DNA from: the human T2T-CHM13v2.0 reference genome, Homo sapiens
DNA length: 64,000 nt
Strand: one strand, 5' to 3'
Assembly (NCBI RefSeq): GCF_009914755.1
Contig: NC_060928.1
The first letter of the stretch is position 1. Each line of letters starts with the position of its first letter. A program made the translations under genes and the position numbers. The notes beneath the pieces are model-generated. The model saw nothing but the letters and a program-made list of their open reading frames with translations. It was not told where the DNA came from and searched no databases. Of the stretch, positions 45,332 through 59,320 are shown piece by piece.

Positions 45332-45735
45332 TGAATTTAAAATTCATTTTATCGTATGTGAATATATTTACTTTCAGAGTTACTTTTTTTTTGTTGCTGT
45401 TGCTAAAACTCAGAGTTTCTTGTTTCATGACAAGTGATCTGATTGTGTGTTTGATATTTGTGGTATAAAGCTTCAGTACCCAAACTATGCACTGAGATAC
45501 CTTGGGGAGCTGCAGCAGACTCAGGCAGAATATTTTGCATTTTTGAGGAAAACACAGGGACATCTTTCTGACTTAGCACAAAACTAATTTTATTAAGTTA
45601 TTTGGGCCTAACAGTTTAATAAACAGGACTGTTAGTTTTTTTTTTTTTTTCTTAGAAGTGTTGTAAACAATTACTGAGACACGGAGCACTGTTAACTGAG
45701 TAAGTTTGGGAAACTTTGGTATAAAGAGCACAGGC

Positions 45736-45967
45736 CTTGTTAAGTGGGAACTAAACAATGTGTACGCATAGATATAGACAGTGGAGTAATAGACATTGGA
45801 AGTCAGAAAGGTGGGAAGCGGATGAAGGATGAGAAGTTACCTAATGGGTACAATATACACTATTTGGGTGATGGTCATACTAAAAGCCCAGACTTCACCA
45901 TTATGCAGTATATCCTTATAACAAAGCTGCACTTGTATCCCCTAAAACTACAAAAAAGTTTTTTTTT
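45736..45967 (+). mobile_element. 5'-truncated L1MA 3' end
   Basis: taagtgggaactaaacaatg...aaaagcccagacttcaccattatgca; TSD aaa(g/a)agcacaggc. Confidence 0.88.
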
Positions 45968-47006
45968 AAAAAGCACAGGCAATGTAAATAGACCCAGATT
46001 CAGTTTTGTCCTTATCAGTGACTGACTTTGAATCTTTTGGTAAGTTACTTTAATGTCCATTTCTTTTTCTGTAAAACAAGGATAGTAATTATAAGGATTA
46101 CATGTGAAACCCAGTGCCTAGTCCATGGAAGGTGCTCAGTTGGCAATAGTTAGTATTATTCAAAAGCTTTCAATTTTATTCACTGACTGTACAGTGCATT
46201 TAACTACTTTAGGTGAATGGTGTATGGCAAGTCTCTGCCAATCTTAATAAAGGTTCTGCAATCATCACTGATTATAAGCCATTCTTGACTTTGTAAAGAT
46301 CATTCTGGCCTGACCTGTTTCTGTAGGGTTTCCTTTATGTGTAACTTAATCTACCCCACTAAGAAAAAAGAAGGAATGTGGTACCTTTCCTTTTTTTTTT
46401 TTTTTTTTTTTGTGAAGCCCTCGCCATATTGATGTACTCTTTTCTCTGTTGAAGCTGAAAGCTTTGCAGTTCTAAAAGTAGATAAGTAGACTCATTCGAC
46501 ATTTACTCAGCAAGTATTTATTGAGTACCTACAAAGAACTAAACATTGGGTATAGACAAATAAACAAGGCCTTCTGCCCTCATTTTCCAGGCCTTACATT
46601 CTGTGTCTTGAAAATTATCTGTAGTATGTAGAAACAACACTTAATTCTTATCCTTGGTGTTTGTTGCTTTTTCCAAAATGTAAAATAGTTATTGATTTAC
46701 GAGTGTAATATAATCTTTCTTTTTACTCAAGATTTACCCAATTATAAATGGATACAGTGGTGTTCTTCTGCTTATTTTCCAAGGTTTCTGTGGCACATGA
46801 ATATGAAATTGACATTTGTGTAACATGTAGTGATATTTGCAGATTAGATCTGGCAAATACATGTGAATAATTTATAGGTATCTGATGTGAAAGTAATAGT
46901 GTCTCATAGTCCTTTTAAAGTTCAATGATATATCCATAGCTTACAAAAACTTTCTGCAATTAAAATAAAAAACTAAAATGAGACGTTTTATTTTTTTTCT
47001 TCCAAG

Positions 47007-47086
47007 AATTCTTCTATTCCTTCAGCTCTTCCTGAACCGATGACTGCTAGTGAAGCAGCTGCTAGGAAAAGCCAAATAAAAGCCAG
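47007..47086 (+). CDS. BMP2K: BMP2K exon 9
   Basis: ttccaag|AATT...CCAG|gtaggc, 80 nt; NSSIPSALPEPMTASEAAARKSQIKA(R), phase-compatible with both neighbours. Confidence 0.95.
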
Positions 47087-50000
47087 GTAGGCAAAACTAT
47101 GCTGAAATTGAAAAGGCATTAAAAAAAATGATAGGTCTTGTTTTTAATCCTAGCAAGTGTAATTGATTAAATATCATCTTCATCCACAAAGAATGTTGTG
47201 TTGCTTATTGTATGTGGTATAATTGAGATAGCAAATACAAAATAAGCTTTTAAAAATATTAGATAAGGAGTCTGGCATCATCTCACTGGAACTGTTCACT
47301 CTATGACAAGTGATTATTTAACTGATGATGTGACAGCGGGTCTTTTTTTTGGACAGGATTTGTCATTTTCATCACATAGCAACTCTAGTTTAGGAAATAC
47401 TATGTTTTGAGTTTATAGATGTTTATTTTTTTAATTTAAGGAAAGAAAAAAATAGCTCCTACAGGTAACTAGAATATATAGAATATGTATGTACTTTGTA
47501 GAATTTGTAATGAGTGATTATAATACTTTTTAAGGCTGGTATATGTTTTCAATCTTATTTTTCAGAGTATTTATTATATTAATAATAAGTTTGAACTATA
47601 TTATGTAAGTTAAGACTGAATCTGTTAATGATTGATTTTTCCCCCCCTCACACTTTTTTGAATTTAAAAGTTAATAAGCAGGATTATATCTTAGATTATC
47701 AGACAGGTATAATACTACATTTGGGGAGATTTCTTGGTCACAGCAATTTTGTATTGTATGCTATTTATGCAAAGTTTATTTGTTTACACAATACAAAAAT
47801 ATATTTGTTCATATGCTTTTTATATGCAAGATGTAGACAATTTAAACACAAAGAAAAAAAAAGCAGTTTTTATTTCCAAGGAGTTCACGTTCTAATTGAC
47901 AAGTAAACGATTACAACCTGATAGATATTAGGCTACTTTGAGAGTGTGGAGGAGGGGAAAGACTGGGAACAGAGAAAACAGGAGCACATAAAGGATGCTT
48001 TCCCTGCGGATGGGAGTTGCTGCACTCTTCCTTGAATGATGAATAGTCAATCACTTGGAAGGGTGTGGAGTGAAATTATAGCAGGCAGGCAGTTTAGGCA
48101 AGAATGACTATTGTGAAACTACAGGACTAGGACAAAAGGGGACATATACAGGAGTAGTGGGAAATGAAGCTGGAGAGGTAGATAAATGCCAATCATGAAC
48201 AACTTTGTTTATATATCATGCTGAGAAATTTGGACTTTGGCCTATAGGTCAGTTAATTTTCAACCTTCTAGTCAGTTCTACTCTTTGAGACTTGGTTGTG
48301 ACTGTGTTGTAAATGATCTGTTACTTATACATTGTTAAAATTTCATTTGCGAATGACTTATTTTAAAAAATGGTGTTACTTTAAAAATATCTTCATTCAC
48401 TTGAATTTCAAAATGTTCTTTTGAGAAGAGGTGAAGGTGTAAAGTTATATCTAACTTGCAGGAATCCAGGTTGAACAGCAATTGGTCTTATCTATGACAT
48501 AGCTTTAATTAGCATCCACTGTTATAGTTGAGTGGTAATTATGAATTATTGTAGGATTTGTCAGTTGAATTTTATTGTGACTTCTGTTTTTTAAAATAAT
48601 TAGTAAATAATTAAATCTTTGAGAAAGTAGGTGCAGATTTTTAAAAAAAGCGTAAGTCAGCTGAACAAGAATGATGATTTGATTATTTTTTCACCCTAAT
48701 GCAAGTTATAGCTTTAGAGTTACAAGACAATGAAATAGTGCTATTAAAATTCACAGTGCTTATTTATAGTATGTTAAATCTGAACATTATGTATATTAAA
48801 AAATAAGGTTGATTGGTACTTATTGGTTACTAATATAAATTTACTCTTTATGAATATTAGTGAAAACTTGAAAAAATCTAAATGTATACAAAGCTTAATA
48901 TTAAAAAATTTAGTTTTTTCCATGTAAAGAGCACATTTTGGGAGGAGAAATCATTTACTAGCAGTTTCATTACCCACGTTTTCAAAAAGCTCCTGTGGGT
49001 TTCTCAGCTGCCTTCAATCTGTGGTATTCTTTGCCTTCTTAAAAGGTCGCTCTCATCTCCCCAAACTTTGCATCTGCTCTTAGTATGGTTTAAGATGTGA
49101 AATTTATCTGACACATGTCTTAAAGATTGAGACACTGAGAATCACTGGCCTGGCAGATGGAAACATTGAAGGATTTTAAGCAGGAGAGTGTGAGTCTGAG
49201 TTCTAGGAAACCTGTGATGATTTTGTTCAGGTGATGGCAAGGAGAAAAGAAGGGAAGCAGAAAAACAGCTCTGTGACTGTTGTAATAGTGAAAATGAGAC
49301 TGTACAGCAGTATCGATGCAATAATTACTGTTTTTAACTTCAGTCGATTTTGTATCTTCCCTATGCCTAATCTGCCCAGGCATTTTCTTCCCATTCCTTC
49401 ACATAGAATGCCTGGTTTCTTTGTCACTGCCTAATAAAGTCAAACTTATTATGAAAATTTTAAACCCCAGTTTCTACCTGAAGCCTTCTGTAGCCAAATT
49501 AGGTTAAAAGTACAATTACATCTCCATAAATTCTTGACAGCACTAGCTTGGCACTGATGATTTTTACTATCTTATATTTATTACATTTCCACTAACATAT
49601 GCCCTGTCTTCCTAGGTATGCTGTAAATTCTTTGAAGACAGGGTGTTATGCAGTGTTTTGCTGGATATCAGTAAATGTACAATACATATTACTGTATTGA
49701 TAAAACAGAGACATCAGAGTGAACAAAGTATACAGACTTTTAATATGCTTCTTAGGGCTTTTGCTATGCCTACGTGTGTTGTGAATCTGTAAAGAGGGTT
49801 TAGACCAGCAACAAGGCAACATCAGGTCTGGCCTGTACTAGCCGTTTAATACAGAATGGATAGTTAAAGAGAGAGATTGTGTACAATATTTCCCCCAAAT
49901 TACTTGAGCTTAGGGAGTATAGCATTGATTGTAATGCCACATCAATAATTTAATGTCAGTAAATACTTGATTATCATTAAAACAAGATATAATTGATTAC

Positions 50001-51174
50001 ATATATATATACACCGATATATATATCGGTGTATATATATATGTAATATCTGTATATATTTGGCCTATTAGTTAAATTTTCATGTCTTTTACCATCCCCA
50101 TCCCATCTAGAGCTTAAGTGTTACTTTCAGAAAACGGCATACATATAATTCTAAGATCTTTTGATTCAGTGTCACGTTTTTTTTTTTGGTACCTCTTGGA
50201 AAGATAGTTGTTAATAGGGCTCCCTCTTGTGGTACACACAGATATTGGGAAATAACTGGATCTGTGCACTTGTTGATAGATGCAAATGCAGCAGATGTGT
50301 GCTTCATAAATCATATGTATGTAAAAATTTTAAGTATTCACTTGAAAATGTGTAAGGGGATTTAATAAAGATATTTTATTGTGAATCCTGTTGGAAAGTG
50401 AACATTTGGTCCTATTAACAAGTATTTGAGTTTTTGTACTTAATTTATAGAAAGCAAGTTGATAAATATATAAATATTTTACCTTTTTTGTTTTTTAAAA
50501 AAAGCAAATGTTGGTGTCTTCTCAAATTATATTTATTGTTTCTTGATTTCAAAACTGTGTTTACTGCTTAACCACTCACATCTGGGGCCTAAACTAAGTC
50601 CTAGTGGGATAAATTTTATATACTTTCCATTCTGTGTTCTAAGTAAAGCAAAGTTAAAGATTCAAGAAGTTGAATGTGAGCAGGTGGCATCTGTTAAAAG
50701 TTTTGGCTTATTTTGTTTAACGTGCCCTAGGCCACAGTCTTTTCTTTTTTTATGCCTTGGAGTCCAAGTAAAGGGAGATTATTCCTTGTTGTTTCTTATT
50801 TTTATTTCCCTGACAAGTTCAGAGAGTGGCTGTCAGTTTTGTCCAAAAGCTTATGAAAAGGTTTCTGTTTATTTCCTTTCAGTATCATTTCATCTCCTTA
50901 AGAGCAGTTTCTGGGACTATATTCTTTTTCTGCTGGTTTCAGTAGGAGATTATGAATGGTTGTGTACTGTTTTAAGGAAAATTGTTAGTTTTATTTATTT
51001 TTCTGTGTTTAGTAAACGTTTAATACTTGAAAATGAGCCTTAGGAGAAAGATGAGGACTAATGCGATTATCAGTAATAGTTAAAATGTATCTGTTGAGTT
51101 GGATGCTTTATAGAATAAATAGTAAATTAGAAATAATCCCAGTATTTAGAATGAAATATATTCTTCTGTTGTAG

Positions 51175-51338
51175 AATAACAGATACCATTGGACCAACAG
51201 AAACCTCAATTGCACCAAGACAAAGACCAAAGGCCAACTCTGCTACTACTGCCACTCCCAGTGTGCTGACCATTCAAAGTTCAGCAACACCTGTTAAAGT
51301 CCTTGCTCCTGGTGAATTCGGTAACCATAGACCAAAAG
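51175..51338 (+). CDS. BMP2K: BMP2K exon 10
   Basis: ttgtag|AATA...AAAG|gtaata, 164 nt; ITDTIGPTETSIAPRQRPKANSATTATPSVLTIQSSATPVKVLAPGEFGNHRPK(G), containing the TETSIAPRQRPKA motif shared with AAK1. Confidence 0.95.
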
Positions 51339-52257
51339 GTAATAGAGCCCCGCCAACCTCATCCTCTTAAAGGTTAATGTTAATAAACCTTTCATGATTT
51401 GATTTCCTGACCTCAGGTGATCCTTAATATTGTAAAGCAGATAACATAATGCTTTCAGAAACTTTCTATTGATGTCTAATAAATTCAGTTGGTTTCTCAA
51501 CAATTCAATTGTTGTAGGCAAAGGGAAGTTACTGGCAATATAAAAGTATGGTACAAAAAACTCACAATTTGCTTTGATACTATAAATACAAACTCTTATC
51601 CCTAGAGTCATCAACTAATAGGGTTTGAGGTTGGGAATAAAGTTCAACGGTATGGAAAAAGTCTATGTTATATGAGAAAGAAAGTTGAAACACTAGTCTT
51701 ACAAAGTTTATGTCTTTGTATTGCACCTAGAGCCTTGGTGAAGGGCTATCTTGAACCATCCATATGGACATTACAACATAAAAACTTACCTGATTTTGAG
51801 AAAAATTTACTCATCTAAAGTATCTCCTAAGCATTATGGTACAGTGTGGTACTTAAAAAAAATTTTTCCCCCCAAAGAAATGTCCGTAACATTTGAGTAA
51901 ACTTATTTTTCTCAAGGATCTGGGAGTATAACCTGAAGACTCACCTTAAAGAAATCCTGTTTTGCACTTTATTTCATGATAAATCTGTCGTGTTTTAATG
52001 TTAAAATGTTTTTAATGAGGATACCCTAATGGTTAAGAGTGTACGTTTTGAGTCTCACGAACCTGATTTGAGTCCTATTTCTCCCATTTTTTAGTAATAT
52101 AGCTTCTAAAAGTACTAGTACCTATCTTAATAGGATTATTGGGAGGATTAAATGGCTGTTTAATGTGCTACCTGATACACGGTATGCCTTTGATAAATGT
52201 TAACTATTAACTACTGTTGTTACTATCAAGTAAAGTATATGTTCAGGAAAGGTGATG

Positions 52258-52818
<561 letters not shown>

Positions 52819-53343
52819 GCAAGAGGTGTTATGATATGTTTAGGTTTCTTAATATAAATTTTGTCTAGAAAGAAGGAAGCTAAAGCCTCAGTAGCTAAAG
52901 ATGTTGAGGCATTTTTGGGGTTTGGACAATGTTCATGGTTTTGTCGCTGTTCAGACATGATTTTGGAGTGGTCTTATTTTGATCCATCAAAGTCATAGTG
53001 TCCTTGTCTAATGTTGTATGAGATTATTCAACAGGAGAGCACCAAGACTTAGCTGTGATTGCCAGGCCTAATCCTGATGTCAGGGGCCGTGTTTCTCTTT
53101 CTTACATGCTTTCAGCTTAAGTTGGAAAAATGTTCCGCTTTTTCCCCCAATAAGTGCATTTTTTTTTAACATTTCTTCACCCTTTAAAAATAATACAAAA
53201 ATTAACACGTGAGTATTGTATTTTAAAATATTCGGATTATACAGTAGTATTCAGTGAAAATGTAAATGTCTCCCTCCATTTTCTTCCCAGAGTTAACCAG
53301 CGCTGTTTAATGGTCATCTTCCCAGTCCTTTTTTATGTTTTTA

Positions 53344-53712
<369 letters not shown>

Positions 53713-53726
53713 TCATACTATACATA

Positions 53727-54900
53727 CGTATTAGTTCGTTTTCATGCTGCTGATAAAGACATTCCAGAAACTGGGGGAAAAAAAGAGGTTTAATTGGACT
53801 TGCATTTCCACACGGCTGGGGAGGCCTCAGAATCATGGCGGGTGGTGAAAGGCACTTCTTACATGGCGGCAACAAGAGAAAATGAGGAGGAAGCAAAAGC
53901 AGAAACCCCTGATAAACCCGTCAGATCTCATGAGACTTATTCACTATCACAAGAAAGACGCCCCCGTGATTCAGTTACCTCCCCCTGGGTCCGTCCTACA
54001 ACATGGGAATTCTGTGAGATACAATTCAAGTTGTGATTTGGGTGGGGACAAAGTCAAACCATATCATTCTACCCCTGACCCCTCCAAATCTCATGTCCTC
54101 ACATTTCAAAACCAATCATGCCTTCCCAACAGTCCTCCAAAGTCATAACTCATTTCAGCATTAACCCAAAAGTCCACAGTCCAAGGTCTCCTCTGAGACA
54201 GGGCAAGTCCCTTCCACCTATGAGTCTGTAAAATCAAAAGCAAGCTAGTTACTTCATAGATACAATGGGGATAAGGTATTGGGTAGATACAGCCGTTCCA
54301 AATGGGAGAAATTGGCCAAAACAAAGGGGTTACAGCGCCCATACAAGTCTGAAATCCAGTGGGGTGGTCCAATTTAAAAGCTCCAAAATGATCTCCTGTG
54401 ACTCCAGGTCTCACATCCAGGTCATGCTGATGCAAAAGGTGGGTTCCCATGGTCTTGGGCAGCTCCTCCCCTGTGGCTTTGCAGAGTACAGTGTCTCTCC
54501 CGGCGGCTTTCATGGGCTGGCCGTTGAGTATCAGCAGCTTTTTCAGGCGCATGTTGCAAGCTGTAGGTGGATCTACTATTCTGGGGTCTGGAGGATGGTG
54601 GCCCTCTTCTCACAGCTCCACTAGGCAGTGCCCCAGTAGAGACTCTTTGTGGGGACTTTGACCCCACATTTCCCTTCTGCACTGCCCTAGCAGAGGTTCC
54701 CCATAAGGGCCCTGCCCCTGCAGCAAACTTTTGCTTGCATATCCAGGCATTTCCATGTATCTTCCAAAATCTAGGCCAAGGTTCCCAAACCTCAGTTCTT
54801 GACTTCTGTGCACCCACAGGCTCAACACCAAATGGAAGCTGCTAAGGGTTGGGGCTTCCACTCTCTGAAGCCACAGCCTGAGCTCTACGTTGGCCCCTTT
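53727..54900 (-). mobile_element. THE1/MST LTR (to about 54066) plus truncated MaLR internal sequence
   Basis: LTR end aaaccatatca followed by ttctacccctgacccctccaaatctcatgtcc and THE1-int motifs such as gcaaaaggtgggttcccatggtcttgggcagctcc. Confidence 0.9.
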
Positions 54901-54960
54901 GTGATTTTTTTTTTTAACCTATAAGTTACTTAGGGGGCTGTTGTTATTAAATTTTCAAGG

Positions 54961-55286
54961 AGATAAAATATACTAAAGGCTGGAAGGATAGAGGGAAGTG
55001 AGGGGTAGGGAGAGATTTACTGAAGGATATAAAATTTTAGCTAGATAGGAAGAATAAATCCTAGCATTCTATACCACTGTAGAATGACTAGTTAACAATA
55101 TTTTGTATAATTTCAAATAGGTAGAAAGAGGATATTGAGTGTTCCCAACACACACAAAAAAATGACAATGCTTGCAGTGACCGTTTTGCTAATTATCCTG
55201 ATCTGATCACTATGCAAAATATGTATCAAAACATCAATATGTACTCCATGAATATGTACAATTATTATTTGCCAATTAAAAAATAA
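54961..55286 (+). mobile_element. 5'-truncated L1MA 3' end
   Basis: gctagatagga.gaataa...cctgatctgatcactat...aattaaaaaataaa; TSD aaattttcaagg. Confidence 0.88.
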
Positions 55287-56400
55287 AAATTTTCAAGGTG
55301 AATGATTTTTGAGTAGTTATTTTAGTACTCTTTCAACTGGAAAGAAATACACTTAAAGGCTAATGATGGTTGTATCTGTGTGGTGGAATTGTGATTTTCA
55401 TTTTTTAACTTACATTTTTATAAGTATTTTCAAGGATAATTAAAATGAACATGCATTTCCTTATAATTAGAAAAGTTAGAAATAGTTATAAAACTATTTT
55501 CATAAAGCTGTTGTACTTAGGTCTGAGGACGTTTGAGGATACTAACATTGATGAAAAAAGAACCCTTCTCTCCCTCCTTGCACTCTCTCCCCACTCTTTT
55601 TATCTTCTAGGATTGAACAGTTGCATTTGAATGTAGGGTAAGTTTATTAGAGGAGAATATAGAAATTATGGTATATTAGTATATTGCATTAAGTGTATAT
55701 CTTACTTTTTAGTTAATTTTTAAAGTTTATTCATAGGATTTGCCTAGGGTATAATTTATGGAGCTTATAAATAAATATCCATTTAGGAGACAGTGTTAAT
55801 AGATCCATTACAGTGAGCATTTATTAATCATCTTTTGTATAAAAGGTTTTTTGGGACTCTTAACAGATGAGTAAGTCATCATCTCTTCCCTCAGGGTCCC
55901 TGGTTAGGAAATAGCCATGTAAGTCATTAACATGTGCAAGACAGACTGAAATGTAATAAACTGAGTGGAAGTGCTAGATGAAGGAATAAGGAAGAGAGGT
56001 TTGAGCTAAACTTTAAAGAATAAGAATTTCACTAGGTGGAAAGTGGCATTCTAGACAGAGAATTATATTGGTACTAATACATACTCATGATAGTACATGA
56101 TATTGTTGAGCAGTGTAGAACAAACTAACATGGATGTTGTGTTCATGGAGAGCCGAAGTATGAAACATGAAGTGTTTCTAAGATGTTGACTTGTTCAGAG
56201 TTGTAGACGACAAAATTAAGCTTCTTCGGTACTTACAATTAAAGTAAATCCCTATAAACTCTATGCATATGGAAGTTTTTGTGTTATAAATAAGGATATA
56301 AATGCCTTAGTTAAATTATTATTGAAATGAGCATGTTGAAATCCAGCTTTTTAATTGAAATCATTAGTATGTTAATGTAAGTGTTTGGACCTGTCTTTAG

Positions 56401-56596
56401 GGGCACTAAGACCTGGAAATGGCCCTGAAATTTTATTGGGTCAGGGACCTCCTCAGCAGCCGCCACAGCAGCATAGAGTACTCCAGCAACTACAGCAGGG
56501 AGATTGGAGATTACAGCAACTCCATTTACAGCATCGTCATCCTCACCAGCAGCAGCAGCAGCAGCAGCAGCAACAGCAACAGCAGCAGCAGCAACA

Positions 56597-56629
<33 letters not shown>

Positions 56630-56678
56630 CCACCACCACCACCACCACCACCTACTTCAAGATGCTTATATGCAGCAG
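56401..56678 (+). CDS. BMP2K: BMP2K exon 11 (polyQ/polyH exon)
   Basis: ctttag|GGGC...GCAG|gtaatt, 278 nt; ALRPGNGPEILLGQGPPQQPPQQHRVLQQLQQGDWRLQQLHLQHRHPH-Q27-H8-LLQDAYMQQ. Confidence 0.97.
56547..56651 (+). repeat. Coding trinucleotide repeat: interrupted CAG/CAA x27 followed by CAC x8
   Basis: (CAG)8 CAA CAG CAA (CAG)4 CAA CAG CAA (CAG)9 (CAC)8 read directly. Confidence 0.97.
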
Positions 56679-57467
56679 GTAATTTTTTTGTTTCTTTAGA
56701 TATGGAAGTAGTGTGAAATTGATGCAGCAAATTGAATATCAGTGAATTCCTTTTTGTATCATGGGCACCTTGAACTCTAGATTTGAGTAAACACTTTCCC
56801 CAATTTTCTAATTATGAAAGAATACGTATTTAATTTGCAATCAGTGAAATACTTAAGAATACTGTAAAATAGGTTGCATTGTGGCCTTATGAAGAAAAGA
56901 ATGTTCATCTGAAACATTTAGTATTCACAAATAAGCACTGCAGTTTATAATGAATATTATCTGAGGTTACGTTTTGAGTTCACAGACTAATAATGCTATT
57001 GTTGGAAAGGTGATATTAGGCTTTTCAGAAGTAACATTGTCTTAGATTTTTGTCACCCTCCTGGTTTTGGTTGATAGATCCAGAGTGGAGGGTAGTAAGT
57101 AGGTGGTACCATGGGATGCCCAGAAGACACCACTGAAGGGGAGATTTAGTGTAATGGGGCTTGGTTAGAAGTCACTCAGGTGTCTTTATCTTCTAGGAAA
57201 AGGTAGTAAATGTGTTTTGGTAGCTTTCTTCTAAACATCCTTAAATTGTGCTAAAAATGGTTTTAATTGAATCTAATTGTTGATAATTTTGAAACCAGTT
57301 CTGATAAGCATATTTATTAATAAATTATAGTAATTTAGAGTATAGCTATTTTGTATTGATGTTTGGACTACTGATTTCTCAAATCATTATGGTAAGATCA
57401 ATACTTTAAAAAAGGGCTCTGACACAAAAAAGGCATAACATTTATTAATTTGATTTTCTCGTTGTAG

Positions 57468-57566
57468 TATCAACATGCAACACAGCAGCAACAGATGCTT
57501 CAACAACAATTTTTAATGCATTCGGTATATCAACCACAACCTTCTGCATCACAGTATCCTACAATG
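57468..57566 (+). CDS. BMP2K: BMP2K exon 12 (Q-rich, symmetric phase 0)
   Basis: ttgtag|TATC...AATG|gtaact, 99 nt; YQHATQQQQMLQQQFLMHSVYQPQPSASQYPTM. Confidence 0.94.
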
Positions 57567-57917
57567 GTAACTTAAATAATTTCTAGAGATTTCTCTGAGT
57601 ATACATTATGGTGTTGGAATTCACAGTATGAATCATATTATTCAGAATTTAGTAATTCAAAATCAAGTAAGTTAATTGACATGTATTTTATCAAAGCCAG
57701 TCATATATTCTCAAGCAGCTTTAAATTGCACTGAACTATGGCACCTGAATATGGCACATAGTAATTGACCGATAACGTACTTCTCTTATGTCATTATATA
57801 AGGGAAATGATGTCTTACCTATAGTCTTTCGTCACGTCTCTTTCATTCAGCACATATCTATTGAGTAAAAAAATGAAACCCAAAGGGAGAGTATATTTTC
57901 TTCAGAGAATAATTTGA

Positions 57918-57954
<37 letters not shown>

Positions 57955-58234
57955 GCAACCACTATATTAGTGACTTTAAGCTACTCTTTTTCTTAAAATA
58001 CTTAAAAGAGGATTTTTGATTCTGGCCAAGTGAGCCTACCTTTACAACTTTTTAAAAAGATTTATTTCATCTTGCTGTAGTTTTCTAGTAATAGAGCTGC
58101 TTCTGTAGATGATTGTTTTTTACGTTTCTGATTTTGTCACCAATGTGAAAGGAAGGAACATAGTAAATAGATGAAGTGCTGACAGTGCTTTAGGACTGGA
58201 GCATTGTTTTGTATAATATCATTTCTTTTTTCAG

Positions 58235-58419
58235 ATGCCGCAGTATCAGCAGGCTTTCTTTCAACAGCAGATGCTAGCTCAACATCAGCCGTCTCAACAA
58301 CAGGCATCACCTGAATATCTTACCTCCCCTCAAGAGTTCTCACCAGCCTTAGTTTCCTACACTTCATCACTTCCAGCTCAGGTTGGAACCATAATGGACT
58401 CCTCCTATAGTGCCAATAG
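58235..58419 (+). CDS. BMP2K: BMP2K exon 13 (ends at a GC-type donor)
   Basis: tttcag|ATGC...ATAG|gcaagt, 185 nt; MPQYQQAFFQQQMLAQHQPSQQQASPEYLTSPQEFSPALVSYTSSLPAQVGTIMDSSYSAN(R); the 3' boundary is inferred from the AG|GCAAGT consensus. Confidence 0.9.
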
Positions 58420-59273
58420 GCAAGTATTTTTCCAGTGAAAGCAAAGGAAATTATTGTGGAAGTGGAAGTCATCGTTGAATGGTCGGTCATTAAGTTCTCT
58501 TAAATTAGTTTAGAATTTATCTTTCTGTAGAGCCACCCATTCTCTCTTCCTAGTCCTGTCTTCTGGTCCCTTGGCATCCCCATCCTTCCGTTTCCTCAGT
58601 TAATTCTGCTAACTGCTATTTGTAGGTAAGGTGTAGCAACATCTAACAGCATTTAGGGCTAAGGATATTATTGGCTTGTATGTAAAGGCATTTTTGGTAA
58701 TGTAAGTATAAACAACACCCTAACAAGTGACTTCAGCAGTTAAAAAAAAATCCTTGTAGACTTTCTCTATTTACATGTTATTACCTTTGATTAATTTTAC
58801 TGTTTACTCATAAAGGTTGTATAATTTAATTTAAATAGGTATAAACATTTTTACATATATGTATTTTAAGATGATATATAGTATACATACTGTTACCGTA
58901 ACATAGTTGGTAATAGTATATTTTGGCTATTGAGACATATTGGTTAGTAGCGTTATAAATTAAATAACTTTGGTACAAAATTTCTTAAACTTATACAAAA
59001 TGGCACGTGCTTTAGCATCTTGTAACTAAGAATCATCATCAATGCCTCCTAATGTTTTTAGATACCTAGGAGGTAGGAGCTGTTAGACTTCTGTTACATG
59101 AACACTGAAGTTCTCATACAATGCTGTTTAAGGATTTGAAACATTAGCTGAGAAAAGGTGTCTATAAGCTTTGGCTCAGAGTTGAGCAGGAGAAACAGCA
59201 GCATCAGTAGCATACTTGTACACTGCATCTCAAAAGAGAGCTAAAGTATGCAGTTTGCTATAGAATGCCTCCC

Positions 59274-59279
<6 letters not shown>

Positions 59280-59320
<41 letters not shown>

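Noticed and set aside
47320-47375. TGATGA-containing imperfect hairpin (snoRNA-like)
   Set aside because: No appropriately placed CTGA D box with a terminal stem
50543-51043. 166-aa ORF, longest in the track
   Set aside because: TTG start, T-rich low-complexity composition, no recognisable domain or exon boundaries
53794-54861. Overlapping 80-148 aa ORFs on both strands
   Set aside because: All lie in THE1/MST LTR and internal sequence; typical MaLR spurious ORFs
56311-56730. Antisense poly-Ala/Gly ORF (139 aa)
   Set aside because: Shadow of the CAG/CAC repeat exon; no independent promoter or splice evidence
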